Source: Antedon mediterranea
Taxonomy: Eukaryota > Animalia > Echinodermata
Length of the DNA: 64,000 bases
NCBI RefSeq assembly: GCF_964355755.1
Contig: NC_092671.1
Coordinates: 682,001-746,000 of the forward strand
Direction of reading: 5' to 3'
A model generated the notes under the pieces. It made no database searches and was not told the origin of the DNA. It worked only from the letters and a program-made list of their open reading frames with translations. This document shows positions 24,808 through 36,900 of this stretch, piece by piece (the first letter of the stretch is position 1; each line of letters opens with the position of its first letter). Made by a program: the position numbers and the translations under genes.

Positions 24808-25202
24808 AATCAAAGCGTACAAATGAAATTATAACAGTTACTATCTCAACAGGTTTAATTGATGCTACCTTCCAGGTCAGCCTAACTGAATGTGAATGTT
24901 TTAAGTGACTACAATGTTTTGTTTTTCGTGTTTTACAGACATTTACAATGTCAATATATTTGACCTTCTCTTAAATATATCACGTGGCAACAATATTGTC
25001 TCTATTAAACTTTATGTTTACCTACACTGTATTACAATTTTTCGGCGTATTTAACTTAGAATAACGTAATCTAAAATTTAAACCTAGATAAAGGATATAA
25101 TATGACTATATACGGTATAACTCCCATTACCAAACTACTATTCTAAATGAGAATGTAAAATGCTATTAAGCTCCGTGAAACCAAAGGGTATTCTTTTTCT
25201 TT

Positions 25203-27375
25203 TCATTTGGCTTTATTGCTCAATCTTTTCTTGCGGGCTGGAACAAAATGACAGAAAAAAAGTAATAATTAACGTTAAATAAAAATAAAATAGTAGTACC
25301 CCATACAATCTTGAATTATTTTTATCCTATGATCAAATGTACATAAAATTACAAAGCTGAATGTTCTTTATAGTGCATTATAAGCCTATAAATAATAATT
25401 GTTTTTAAAAGCAATTATAATTTAAGAAGCTAAAGTTAAAACTATATAATATTGAAAACGGAACACAGCGATAACCATTGATATTGTGATGCCAGTATAT
25501 GGCGTGTTTACTGTATCAGTAAATGGGTGGACCATGGATTAAGGAATAGATTCCTTAATCCATGATAAGATCAAAAGGATCCCACTGGATTGATCGTGAA
25601 TTGTGGGATGTCATGGATAAATGAACCATGACCGATCGAAATAATCGAATGATATGGCGTCATGGTTGTATGAATATATTTATAATTTTTTACCGATATC
25701 ATTATTCTTCATGAGACAAGCGTCAGCTTTACCGCGTGGTCCAGTGTGGTCAAAAGTTAAACCAAGTTTTACGATACTCGTATTCTTTGATAATACTTCT
25801 GCAATATACATTTCTGCATGTGTCCCAAGCTTTGATCTCTGAAAAAACAATATATTAAAAAATACCATTACTAATGTTTTTATTTTTTTAGAAAATGAGC
25901 ATGTAGGACTACTTTTGCGTAGGGGATTTATGCAAAACAACCAGGACACCTGTCGATACCTAACCCTTCCTGGCGGTCTCATGACTTACCTGATTGGAAA
26001 CTCTTAGTTCTGTCAATGTGTCGTTTAATAACAAAGCTTCCATGATGGATGTCATTCCTGTACCGGTGATGAAGTTAGACTCCAAGTTTAGACTGGTTAG
26101 CGATTTGTTTCCTTTCAGTCCATCTGCAATCGCCTTTGAAAGAGTTTATAATTTTAATAAACTTTCTAATAATTATTTATACTTTCTTAAAAAATAGTAA
26201 TCTCGTTTCCTAAGCTTGCTTCCGAATAGAGACGCAACTCAAGGACGTAGGCGCAACGCAGCGAGTTCACCAATGACAATTCAAATAATCCATCCATCCA
26301 TTAATTTATTTAATCAAGTGAAAAATAAACAATATCTAGGTCCTTACTTTTTAGCTCACATACCATATGTAGGCAGGGAAGAGTGACATTAATAATACTA
26401 ATTTCACTCTTCCATGATGTATGTATGAACTTGTATGCCCATTAAATTCCAGCAATATGCTACTATTTTGGTTTTTTGGTAGGCCACAAACCGTAGAACT
26501 CTAAATTAAAATTTGCCAAATATCTTAAAATGCGGCTCACCTTTGCATCTGTATCGTTGATGTTTGTGCAAGCCATGCTTAATTTCAACAGATGAGTGTT
26601 TGTCTTCAATCCTTCTGCTAGTTCACATATTGGGATTTTCTGTTTAAAAATGCATAAATAAGTAAGGTACAATATATAACCACTGAAGAAGAGTCAACAC
26701 ACATGAATGTAAACTAAAGCTCCGTCTGCACTATCAAACTTTATGTGACAAAATAGTTTGATAGTGTAGACAGAGCTTAAGAAAATCTAGAAAACCTATA
26801 CAATGAACAGTGAAAACCAAAAGAATAAAAATAAATAAGAGAATAAAAAAGAGCTGAGAAAGAATACTTTGATAAAATGCAGACAGAGGGCGTGTTATCT
26901 AATATTTTAGCCCATATTGAAGATACAATGACTCGAGTTTTTGTTTAAAAATGTGTTATGGTGTTTTGTCAATACCTTACGGTTATTCAAGTTGATTTCC
27001 ACAGCATCCGGGTTATTATCCTGTATGTTTTTTACTGCCTCATAAATAAAGGTATTGTATTTAGGATGATCATCTAGAAACGGATCCATTCCTGTTGGAG
27101 CTAGATAAAAAAAAAAAAGATTTTCATCATCACTTTATGAATTTAATCGACAAAATGTTCAAATGCCCGGGAACCCGAATCCTTGATGCTATTGATGGTA
27201 TTATGGAAAGATCAACGAAAACTCCATATTGGTCATGGATTCACATAATGCAAAAGCATTAGAAATTAGAATAAGCAGTGCACAAACTAAATCAGAGCAG
27301 TGTTTTAGTGTAGTCCCATTTATCCTCCTTGTTATAACAATATGAGTAAGTATACTTACCATATCCTCCGTACAT
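25203..27375 (-). CDS. Tropomodulin paralog with only the C-terminal LRR domain (~187 aa); alternatively an alternative 3' half of the adjacent Tmod
   Basis: Exons 27360-27375 (MYGGY, AAACATG context, upstream in-frame stop), 26976-27100, 26541-26639, 25990-26133 (LTSLNLESNFITGTG...ELRVSNQ), 25694-25838 and 25203-25237 (ARKKRLSNKAK*). Intron positions and phases match Tmod coding exons 5-9; the frame is open throughout. Confidence 0.8.
26717..26779. mobile_element. Internally deleted MITE family B copy
   Basis: AAGCTCCGTCTGCACTATCAAACT ... AGTTTGATAGTGTAGACAGAGCTT. Confidence 0.7.
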
Positions 27376-27651
27376 GTTTGCCAAATGTATGAATACTGTT
27401 CACGATCAGGTCAATACAACAGCAATTTGTTGACGGGTAAATAATTCGTTATTATATTATATTGGCAATGTAATCAATGATGGTAATGCATGAGGTGATG
27501 AAGTCTATTGTTTAAATTCTAATCTTTTCACGTAGAACAATACAAGTTTCCATGGTGAAATTCTATATTACTACAGTATATCGCTTATAATAATAAATAC
27601 CATTATTTACCAGTTCACTCTTCCCTCCCTGTGTTTACCTTTTACTTTTCG

Positions 27652-28922
27652 ACTAAACCTGTTACGAGTTGCGAGTCACTCTTCTTACAGGCCTGTATAA
27701 GATTAATAGTACTATTGAGATACATGCCTTCCAATACCGTATACTAAACCTGTTACGGGTTGCGAGTCACTCTTCTTACAGGCCTGTATAAGATTAATAG
27801 TATTATTGCGATACACGCCTTCCAATACCGCAGACTAAACCTGTTACGGGTTACGAGTCCCTCTTCTTACAGGCCTGTATAAGATTAATAGTATTATTGA
27901 GATACATGCCTTCCAATACCGTATACTAAACCTGTTATGGGTTGCGAGTCCCTCTTCTTACAGGTCTGTATAAGATTAATAGTATTATTGAGATACACGC
28001 CTTCCAATACCGTATACTAAACCTGTTACGGGTTGCGAGTCCCTCTTCTTACAGGTCTGTATAAGATTAATAGTATTATTGCGATACACGCCTTCCAATA
28101 CCGTATACTAAACCTGTTATGGGTTGCGAGTCCCTCTTCTTACAGGCCTGTATAAGATTAATAGTATTATTGCGATACACGCCTTCCAATACCGTATACT
28201 AAACCTGTTACAGGTTGCGAGTCCCTCTTCTTACAGGCCTGTATAAGATTAATAGTATTATTGCGATACACGCCTTCCAATACCGTATACTAAACCTGTT
28301 ACGGGTTGCGAGTCCCTCTTCTTACAGGCCTGTATAAGATTAATAGTATTATTGCGATACACGCCTTCCAATACCGTATACTAAACCTGTTACGGGTTGC
28401 GAGTCCCTCTTCTTACAGGCCTGTATAAGATTAATAGTATTATTGAGATACACGCCTTCCAATACCGTATACTAAACCTGTTACGGGTTGCGAGTCCCTC
28501 TTCTTACAGGCCTGTATAAGATTAATAGTATTATTGAGATACACGCCTTCCAATACCGTATACTAAACCTGTTATGGGTTGCGAGTCCCTCTTCTTACAG
28601 GCCTGTATAAGATTAATAGTATTATTGCGATACACGCCTTCCAATACCGTATACTAAACCTGTTACGGGTTGCGAGTCACTCTTCTTACAGGTCTGTATA
28701 AGATTAATAGTATTATTGCGATACACGCCTTCCAATACCGTATACTAAACCTGTTACGGGTTACGAGTCACTCTTCTTACAGGCCTGTATAAGATTAATA
28801 GTATTATTGCGATACACGCCTTCCAATACCGTATACTAAACCTGTTACGGGTTACGAGTCACTCTTCTTACAGGCCTGTATAAGATTAATAGTATTATTG
28901 AGATACACGCCTTCCAATACCG
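27652..28922. repeat. 91-bp tandem repeat, ~14 near-identical copies
   Basis: Unit ACTAAACCTGTTACGGGTTGCGAGTCCCTCTTCTTACAGGCCTGTATAAGATTAATAGTATTATTGCGATACACGCCTTCCAATACCGTAT; unit starts at 27652, 27743 and onward. Confidence 0.95.
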
Positions 28923-29228
28923 TTACTATTTATTTTTCGTTGTTTGATTTGTATACGGTACAAAGAATGACAAATATCAATTTACATAGATTGTATCATA
29001 GGTATTATATATAATATAACCATAATAAATTAATCTATACCGCCTTAACTGGTCCGGGTGGTATTGAGGACAAAGAACAAGTGTTCCCATATTTAGGCGT
29101 ACCAAAAGCAGTTGAATTAAGAATAGCAATTCTTAATTCACTATTGAATTGAATTGAATATTCATTAAAGAACAGAGTCAATTGTAAAAACCTGAGAAAC
29201 TATTGAATGAAGACAATTTAATAATGCA

Positions 29229-29492
29229 GGCATTGTTTATCAAGATCTAATACATTGTTATCAAGATAAAATGCATTGTTATCAAGATCAAATACATTTT
29301 TATCAAGATAAAATGCATTGTTATCAAGATCTAATAAATTGTTATCAAGATAAAATACATTGTTATCAAGATAAAATACATTGTTATCAAGATCGAATAC
29401 ATTGTTATCAAGATAAAATACATTGTTATCAAGATAAAATACATTGTTATCAAGATAAAATGCATTTTTATCAAGATCGAATACATTGTTAT
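29229..29492. repeat. 21-bp minisatellite, ~12 copies
   Basis: CATTGTTATCAAGATAAAATA repeated; it explains the spurious ORFs 29218..29541 and 29271..29576. Confidence 0.9.
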
Positions 29493-30964
29493 ACATTTCA
29501 GACCATACACTACTTACATAACAATAAAATAGCTGTAGCACACCGTCTTAATTGCATAAAACTAAACCCAAAATAAATGAGGACATTATTTTGCTTGCCG
29601 TATCTCTTTGGTCGTGAGAACACAAATTGAAATAATTATAGAAAAATGTTAAATTTTATTCATTTAGTCATAGTCTTCAATTAATATCACTTTTTCCAAT
29701 TGGTTTAGACTAGTATGGCCGCATACTTTTATAACTTTCACTTTTCAAATGAATATTACTATTTTTTTAATTGCGAAAATTACCAACATAATACATATAC
29801 AAGCTGCATAATCGTTTTCAAAATGTATTTTAATTAGAATTTACATAATTGAAATTGGCTGTTAATTAATAGTTAATTACTGTACAAGGAATCAAAATGA
29901 AGCCATCTTTTTACAATTATTTGATTTTAAATTAGTAGTCAACCATTGTGAAACCACTTTCTTAAGTAAAGATAAGAGCCAAGGCTGCATTTTTAGAACC
30001 TACCACAGTGTATAATGTAAACTTACTGAGTACAAAGGTAACTTATTTGAATGTGATTGCTAACACCCTGGTTCCACAAGTGGCAGTTTTTGCAATACCT
30101 GTAGGCCTACCTATCGTTACCAGTTAGAATAATTAAAAAAAATCCTGAGAAGTCAAATGTTATACAGTTAAAGCAGTGAATTTATCTGCATAGGTTGCTT
30201 CATGTTATTCCTTTCATTAGATAGGAATGACTCTATTGTGTTTTCTTTTCTTTTAAAAGATGCATTCAATTCTAAACATATATTAGTGTCGTTCAAATTC
30301 CGATAATGTAATATGTTAGCTATTTATCATTTCTTACAAGGCATTAAAAATTAATTACAAAATCATATTACAAAAATAAAGAAAACACCTAGGCACCAAA
30401 AGTAAACGTTCTTACAAGTATGAAAAGTGTAATACAAAATGATATAGAATGCCTTAAATAAACCACTATAAGCACCGCTGCAAAAACTCATGTTTAGGTA
30501 CTAAGGTGTCATTCTCATTACTGAAAACTGTCCTTGCGTTTTCTACAAAAACTATTGTCTATCTACAAGTTAAAAACATCACGGCTGTTCAAACTTTGAT
30601 GCAATTCAAAATTTTGAGAAATCATTGATGATGAATTGATTTGCGTTTCTCAAACTATGCTACATAATTCTATAATGGAAAATATCACAACAATATACAT
30701 TTCACTATTTTTTTTAAAATGGCAAATTATTTACAATATTTAATTTGTTTTACTATTACCTATTGCATCTATTATTCCGAAATTGTTCTTATGAATCAAC
30801 GTGATTAAGTGCTAATATATTTTTATATTTAAAATGATTTATAGTAATAAATATTTGTAAAATTTAGCCATTCTATTGTATATTTTTTGGCTAATACTAG
30901 TGTAACATTCTCATCAAACTTAAAATTACTTTACAATAGGATTTTGGAATCGTCGTCAAGGATA

Positions 30965-33900
30965 TTAATTCTCCACTCCATTACTTATTCTCTTCTTGCG
31001 AACTGAAAATTAAAGAAACAAATTTATTACATTAACAAAAGGTCAAAGGTAACTTTAAATGGAGGGTACCAACATGAACTATAATATCAATCTACCCTAC
31101 CCAGATGGATAAGTATACACACGCTTAAAATGTCTAGCTATTGTATCCTTTTACATTGGTAGAACAGTAGACTCTCCCAATACCAGACCCTCTTCAAAAA
31201 CTAGACTTCTTGTGATCCTAAATTTTTTGTTATCACTAAAAACACATTCAGAATAGCAGATTTTCTGGAAAACCAGACATATTTGGTAAGCCCAAGGGTG
31301 TCCGGTATTGGGAGAGTTGACTGTATTCCATTACGGGTGTCAGCATTTTAATTTTTTTTCATAACTAGATTCCAACTTCTGCATGCAGTATGTATGACAC
31401 ACCATGTGTGCCAAAATGTCTTTCTTTCTACAAATATTAAGCCAAATAGTCTAGAATGCTTGTAATTGAGAAAGAAGCTGGTGTTTCTATTTTCGTATTT
31501 TTTAATTGTTTTGTACTTGGCCTGTGAGAGTACTGAAGAAGTCACTTAGTAAAGTATAAAGAAATGAGGTATAACAGTAACAATATTCAATTGAACATTA
31601 TGGCTAAAGAAAAAGAGAAGGTACTTACCAATTTCATTATTTCTCATCAGATAATCGTTCGCCTTTGCACGTGGTCCAGCATGATCAAAAGCCAAACCAA
31701 ACTTGACAATACTTGTGTTCTTAGATAAGACTTCAGCAATATACAATTCAACCTTAATCCCTAGCGCTGATCGCTGAATATAATAAATATTTATACATTA
31801 ATAATAATGAGAGACTGTTAGTCCAATCTTACACAATCTACTCTATTTGTGGTATTTTAGCCCTTACCAGGTTAGTTCAATCTTACACAATCTACTCTAT
31901 TTGTGGTATTTTAGCTCTTACCAGGTTAGTCCAACCTTACACAATCTACTCTATTTGTGGTATTTTAGCACTTACCAGGTTAGTCCAACCTTACACAATC
32001 TACTCTATTTGTGGTATTCAGGCCTCGAATTTGGGGATTTTAGGGGCAAGGCCATTTGGCCTCCGGTTTTCATTGATTTTAGGGGCACCAAGGCCAAATG
32101 GGAGGGCACCAAGGCCATTTGTTTTAAATCAAAGGGGCACCAAGGCCAAAATCAAAAAATATTTTAATAACTAGGCCAAAATTTAAAAATAGCTTGTTTC
32201 CGGTGGAATTTTTTTCAAAAAAAAAAAAAAAATTCTACCCGCAAAATGTTTTGGAGATTTCCCCCTATTCATCAGATCGCGGAGTAGTAGTAGGACTGTC
32301 TACAATACATCTTTTTGTATTTCATATAAATACTACGTGTATTTACGATCCATATAAATAATAAATAGGTACGATGTTCAGCGTTTATAGTTTACCGTCC
32401 TGTGTTGAATGTTTCGTTTAGTTTCAAATAATGCGATAAAAAGGCATGTGAAGCCAACCAAGTAAGGCCCGGAACAGGTATAAAAACCCTTATAACAGCA
32501 AGCTACTCAGCCTTACTTAGCTAGCAGCCGACGGAGAAAACATGATACAAAAACAATTTGTTTGTAGGCCTTACCTACAACTATTCATACACAGAGTGTT
32601 AACCACGGTAAAAATCAAGCCAATGACATTATGTAGTAGAATATAAATTATAGTTATTTTCCGAGTTTCGATTTCTGAAGCTTTTTTGTTAGTACTGTAT
32701 AACCCATATGTATAAGAATTCAAAACACGGACGGACACCGACCCCTTTCTCTCTCTCTGTTTAGCCTTCGGCACGTGTATTCTGGACTATACCATTTCCT
32801 TGAATTCGGTAAAAACGCGTTTGGTAATTTAGTGTACGATTTTTCGATGATCTGTCTGCTGGATTGAGGTGGGTGCGATAAAATATAAATATGATATACT
32901 TCCAACGATCTTCGGGTTGAGGTGCAGGTTTAACTTTGGTGCTACACGTATAATGGACTACACCATGCAGGAACGCACATGGTATTTTCTTCTCAGAGGG
33001 TGCGTGTACGTCAAAAGGAATTGTTTTTCCAACGATCCGATCCTTCGCGCGTACTCTCACACACGACGTTGTGAGTAGTCTAGAGTAGTGTGTGAAATTT
33101 CTTATCAGAGGGTGCGTGTGCGTCAAATAGAATTGTTTTCCCAATGCATTGAATTGCGTGTGTTCGACCGGATCGGCGGCGGGAGAGGATAGGCTAGGCT
33201 AGCTAGGAGTGCATGTAATTTTTTTTATCGAAGGCGGCTAGCTCGATTATTGTGCGACTTTAATACTTTCAGTAACCTCCGATCGAGGAACGTTTTTAGC
33301 TTGATTATTAAAAGTTTACACCCCTGTATTTTAATGTACTATCTATACCATGATTTACCACGCACGGCGGCCGGGATGATATTGTTTTGGTTACCCTATT
33401 GCAATGTTCGATGTTTTTTTTACTGTTTGTGTGTATTATTAAATGCGTTTAGGGAAATCCCCTTGCAACAAAGACAGGCGATTGTTTTGCGTCTCGTCCG
33501 AGTCGTGTAAACAAATCTTCTTGACATTATTTTCTATCTAATTCAGTGGTTTTTATTGTGGTAAAACTCGGAAAGGGCACTCGCGGCCAACGCAAAAAAA
33601 AGGGCAGGCCAGTAGTGGCCGTGGGTGCTATTTATTTTCGAGGGCATTGAGGCCAACTGGGAGGGCACCGACGGCACTGGCCGCGGTGGCCGCGGTAAAA
33701 TTCGAGGCCTGGGTATTTTAGCTCTTACCAGGTTAGTTCAATCTTACACAATCTACTCTATTTGTGGTATTTTAGCTCTTACCAGGTTAGTCCAACCTTA
33801 CACAATCTACTCTATTTGTGGTATTTTAGCACTTACCAGGTTAGTCCAACCTTACACAATCTACTCTATTTGTGGTATTTTAAGCACTTACCTGATTGGC

Positions 33901-36900
33901 TACCCTGAGTTCAGAGAGAGTTTCATTTGTTGACAATGCCTTCATAATAGCTAGCATTCCTGTTCCGGTGATGAAGTTTGATTCCATGTTTAGACTCAAT
34001 AGCGTTTTATTTTCAACTAGTGATTCTGCAATTGCCTGTCAAAATAAACAACTTATAAATTTAGAAGTAGCCAAAAAAAATTTGCTTTCCAATCAAACTG
34101 TTTTTTTTTCTTAAATTTAGGCAAATCGAGAAGAAGCAGCACCATATCCTTCAAAATGGCAATCCTGATCACAGGACAAACATACACAAGATGCTCTACA
34201 CATGTCTTTAGAAGTGGTGTTATTTTTTGTCATGAGAAAAAATGCCAACATCTGACAGGATTTGAACCCAGGAACCTATTAAGAATAGAAATAAAGTTTA
34301 CCTTTGCAACTGTATCATTAAGGCGTGTGCTGGCCATACTCAGTGTCTCTAGATGAGTGTTAGTCTTAAGAGCCTCAGCTAATGATATTAGTGTTGGAAT
34401 TGGGATGTTCTGAAAAACAAAATAAATAATGTTTACGTGTCTCTAATTACATTATTTGTTTTGGATCACACAATCATTATAAATATGTAGAATGTGATGA
34501 TCAGCAGTTCAATAACTGTACTGTACAGAGCTGGAAGACAGCCTTAGTCAGGCTGTATTGAAATGTAACAGTAAATGAAGGGAAAGATTCCCTATGCAAT
34601 GTCAAAAATAGCTCTGCTAAACCTATGTAACAAATATTTAAACGTAATCTTAAGACTTTTTTTAAATCAAAAATAGTTTAAATATTGTTAGGCACTGTGT
34701 TCTTGGTAGGGCACCATAGAATAGATTATAATGCACTCTGTTCTTGGTAGGGCACCATAGAATAGATTATAATGCACTGTTCTTGGTAGGGCACCATAGA
34801 ATAGATTATAATGCACTCTGTTCTTGGTAGGGCACCATAGAATAGATTATAATGCACTGTTCTTGGTAGGGCACCATAGAATAGATTATAATGCACTGTG
34901 TTCTTGGTAGGGCACCATAGAATAGATTATAATGCACTGTTCTTGGTAGGGCACCATAGAATAGATTATAATGCACTGTGTTCTTGGTAGGGCACCATAG
35001 AATAGATTATAATGCACTGTTCTTGGTAGGGCACCATAGAATAGATTATAATGCACTGTTCTTGGTAGGGCACCATAGAATAGATTATAATGCACTGTGT
35101 TCTTGGTAGGGCACCATAGAATAGATTATAATGCACTGTTCTTGGTAGGGCACCATAGAATAGATTATAATGCACTGTTCTTGGTAGGGCACCATAGAAT
35201 AGATTATAATGCACTGTTCTTGGTAGGGCACCATAGAATAGATTATAATGCACTCTGTTCTTGGTAGGGCACCATAGAATAGATTATAATGCACTGTTCT
35301 TGGTAGGGCACCATAGAATAGATTATAATGCACTCTGTTCTTGGTAGGGCACCATAGAATAGATTATAATGCACTGTTCTTGGTAGGGCACCATAGAATA
35401 GATTATAATGCACTGTGTTCTTGGTAGGGCACCATAGAATAGATTATAATGCACTGTGTTCTTGGTAGGGCACCATAGAATAGATTATAATGCACTGTTC
35501 TTGGTAGGGCACCATAGAATAGATTATAATGCACTGTTCTTGGTAGGGCACCATAGAATAGATTATAATGCACTGTTCTTGGTAGGGCACCATAGAATAG
35601 ATTATAATGCACTGTTCTTGGTAGGGCACCATAGAATAGATTATAATGCACTGTGTTCTTGGTAGGGCACCATAGAATAGATTATAATGCACTCTGTTCT
35701 TGGTAGGGCACCATAGAATAGATTATAATGCACTGTTCTTGGTAGGGCACCATAGAATAGATTATAATGCACTGTGTTCTTGGTAGGGCACCATAGAATA
35801 GATTATAATGCACTGTGTTCTTGGTAGGGCACCATAGAATAGATTATAATGATGTATCATAGCAAATTTACCTGTAGATTGATTCATGTTCTACAAGATA
35901 CTTTGCCCAAAATATTATTTTACATATTTTACTTGAATTTTTATGTTAAATTATGCATTTATTTGACATACCTTAATGTTATTCATGTTAATTTTAGTAA
36001 CATCTGGGTTATCATCTTGGATGTCTTTTATTGCCTGGTCGACATCTAAGTTGTTTTCTGGTTCAATATTCAGTGCTTTTGGAAGAAATCCTTTTGAGAT
36101 TCCTAAAACATAAATAAAATGGATGAAAATACTGTATAACAATTTAGTAATGAGACCAGTTTATCAACACTTTAATACTGACTCAAAAATTGTTGAGTTT
36201 AAGATGAATTGTTGTATCCTAGCAACTGATGAATGGTTGCTATATTGATAAGTAGTTTCTAATAATAAAGTGAAATTTATTATTTGAATGGATGTAAACC
36301 TGAACTGGTTCTGAATGATTGTGCTAGATATCTAATCTGATATATAAAAGTGCAAACTCCAATAACTTTACCCAAGAAGACAATGAAATTTAATATTATC
36401 CTCAGCAGATGTAGATTTTTCAAATCCTGAACTAACACGAGCAAAGAAGGGGTTTTTGAAGTGTAGTGAACTTTTGAATTGTCACCATTCTAGAGTGTAT
36501 ACAATGTCAAACTGTTGGTGTGTGGTTTATGATTAAATAAATAAAGGAGAATATATACAGATAGTTAAGGGAGAATAGCTGATAAAACTGACCATAAAAG
36601 GTCAACGACTGTCACCGCGTTGTGGTTTGTTTCTGTAAAATCTGTTGTGGTAGCTCCCTGTAATAACCCCAATTGTGTTATTCTCTTAGTCTTGTATGAT
36701 ATTATAACTAAGGGCTGTAAGAATATGTTTAAGCGTGGACACAACACAAGGACGTAAACGTGTCATGTATAATTTGACCAATCACAATACAATGGATCAT
36801 CTGTTGCTTGTGATTGGTAAACATACAAAGTGTGTAATATATGAGTGTGCTGCCCTCTATAAATAGTGAACCCGTACAACATACCACTAAACTTGGCGCC

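Noticed and set aside
27652-28922. 91-bp array as a CRISPR, tRNA or SL-RNA cluster (GGTTGCGAGTCCC resembles a B-box)
   Set aside because: No spacers, no cloverleaf or A-box, no Sm site or oligo-T terminator seen.
29218-29576. ORFs with LDNNVFY and HCYQDKI repeats
   Set aside because: Open frames through a 21-bp minisatellite with no splice or start context.
31348-31545. Alternative terminal exon of Tmod
   Set aside because: Acceptor-like AGs exist but the translation lacks the conserved RKKR tail; exon 30965-31002 matches both Tmod and the paralog.
32571-33510. Short ORFs inside the hAT-like element as a transposase
   Set aside because: No BED, DDE or hAT dimerisation motifs; the element is non-autonomous.
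34250-34280. tRNA gene (B-box-like GGTTCAAATCC on the - strand; also GGTTCGA near 11016)
   Set aside because: Isolated B-box only with no cloverleaf; at most a SINE relic.
34692-35851. Possible CRISPR array, and ORFs of MHYNLFYGALPRT repeats
   Set aside because: Head-to-tail units with no unique spacers, no cas genes, inside a eukaryotic intron; the ORFs are by-products of the repeat.
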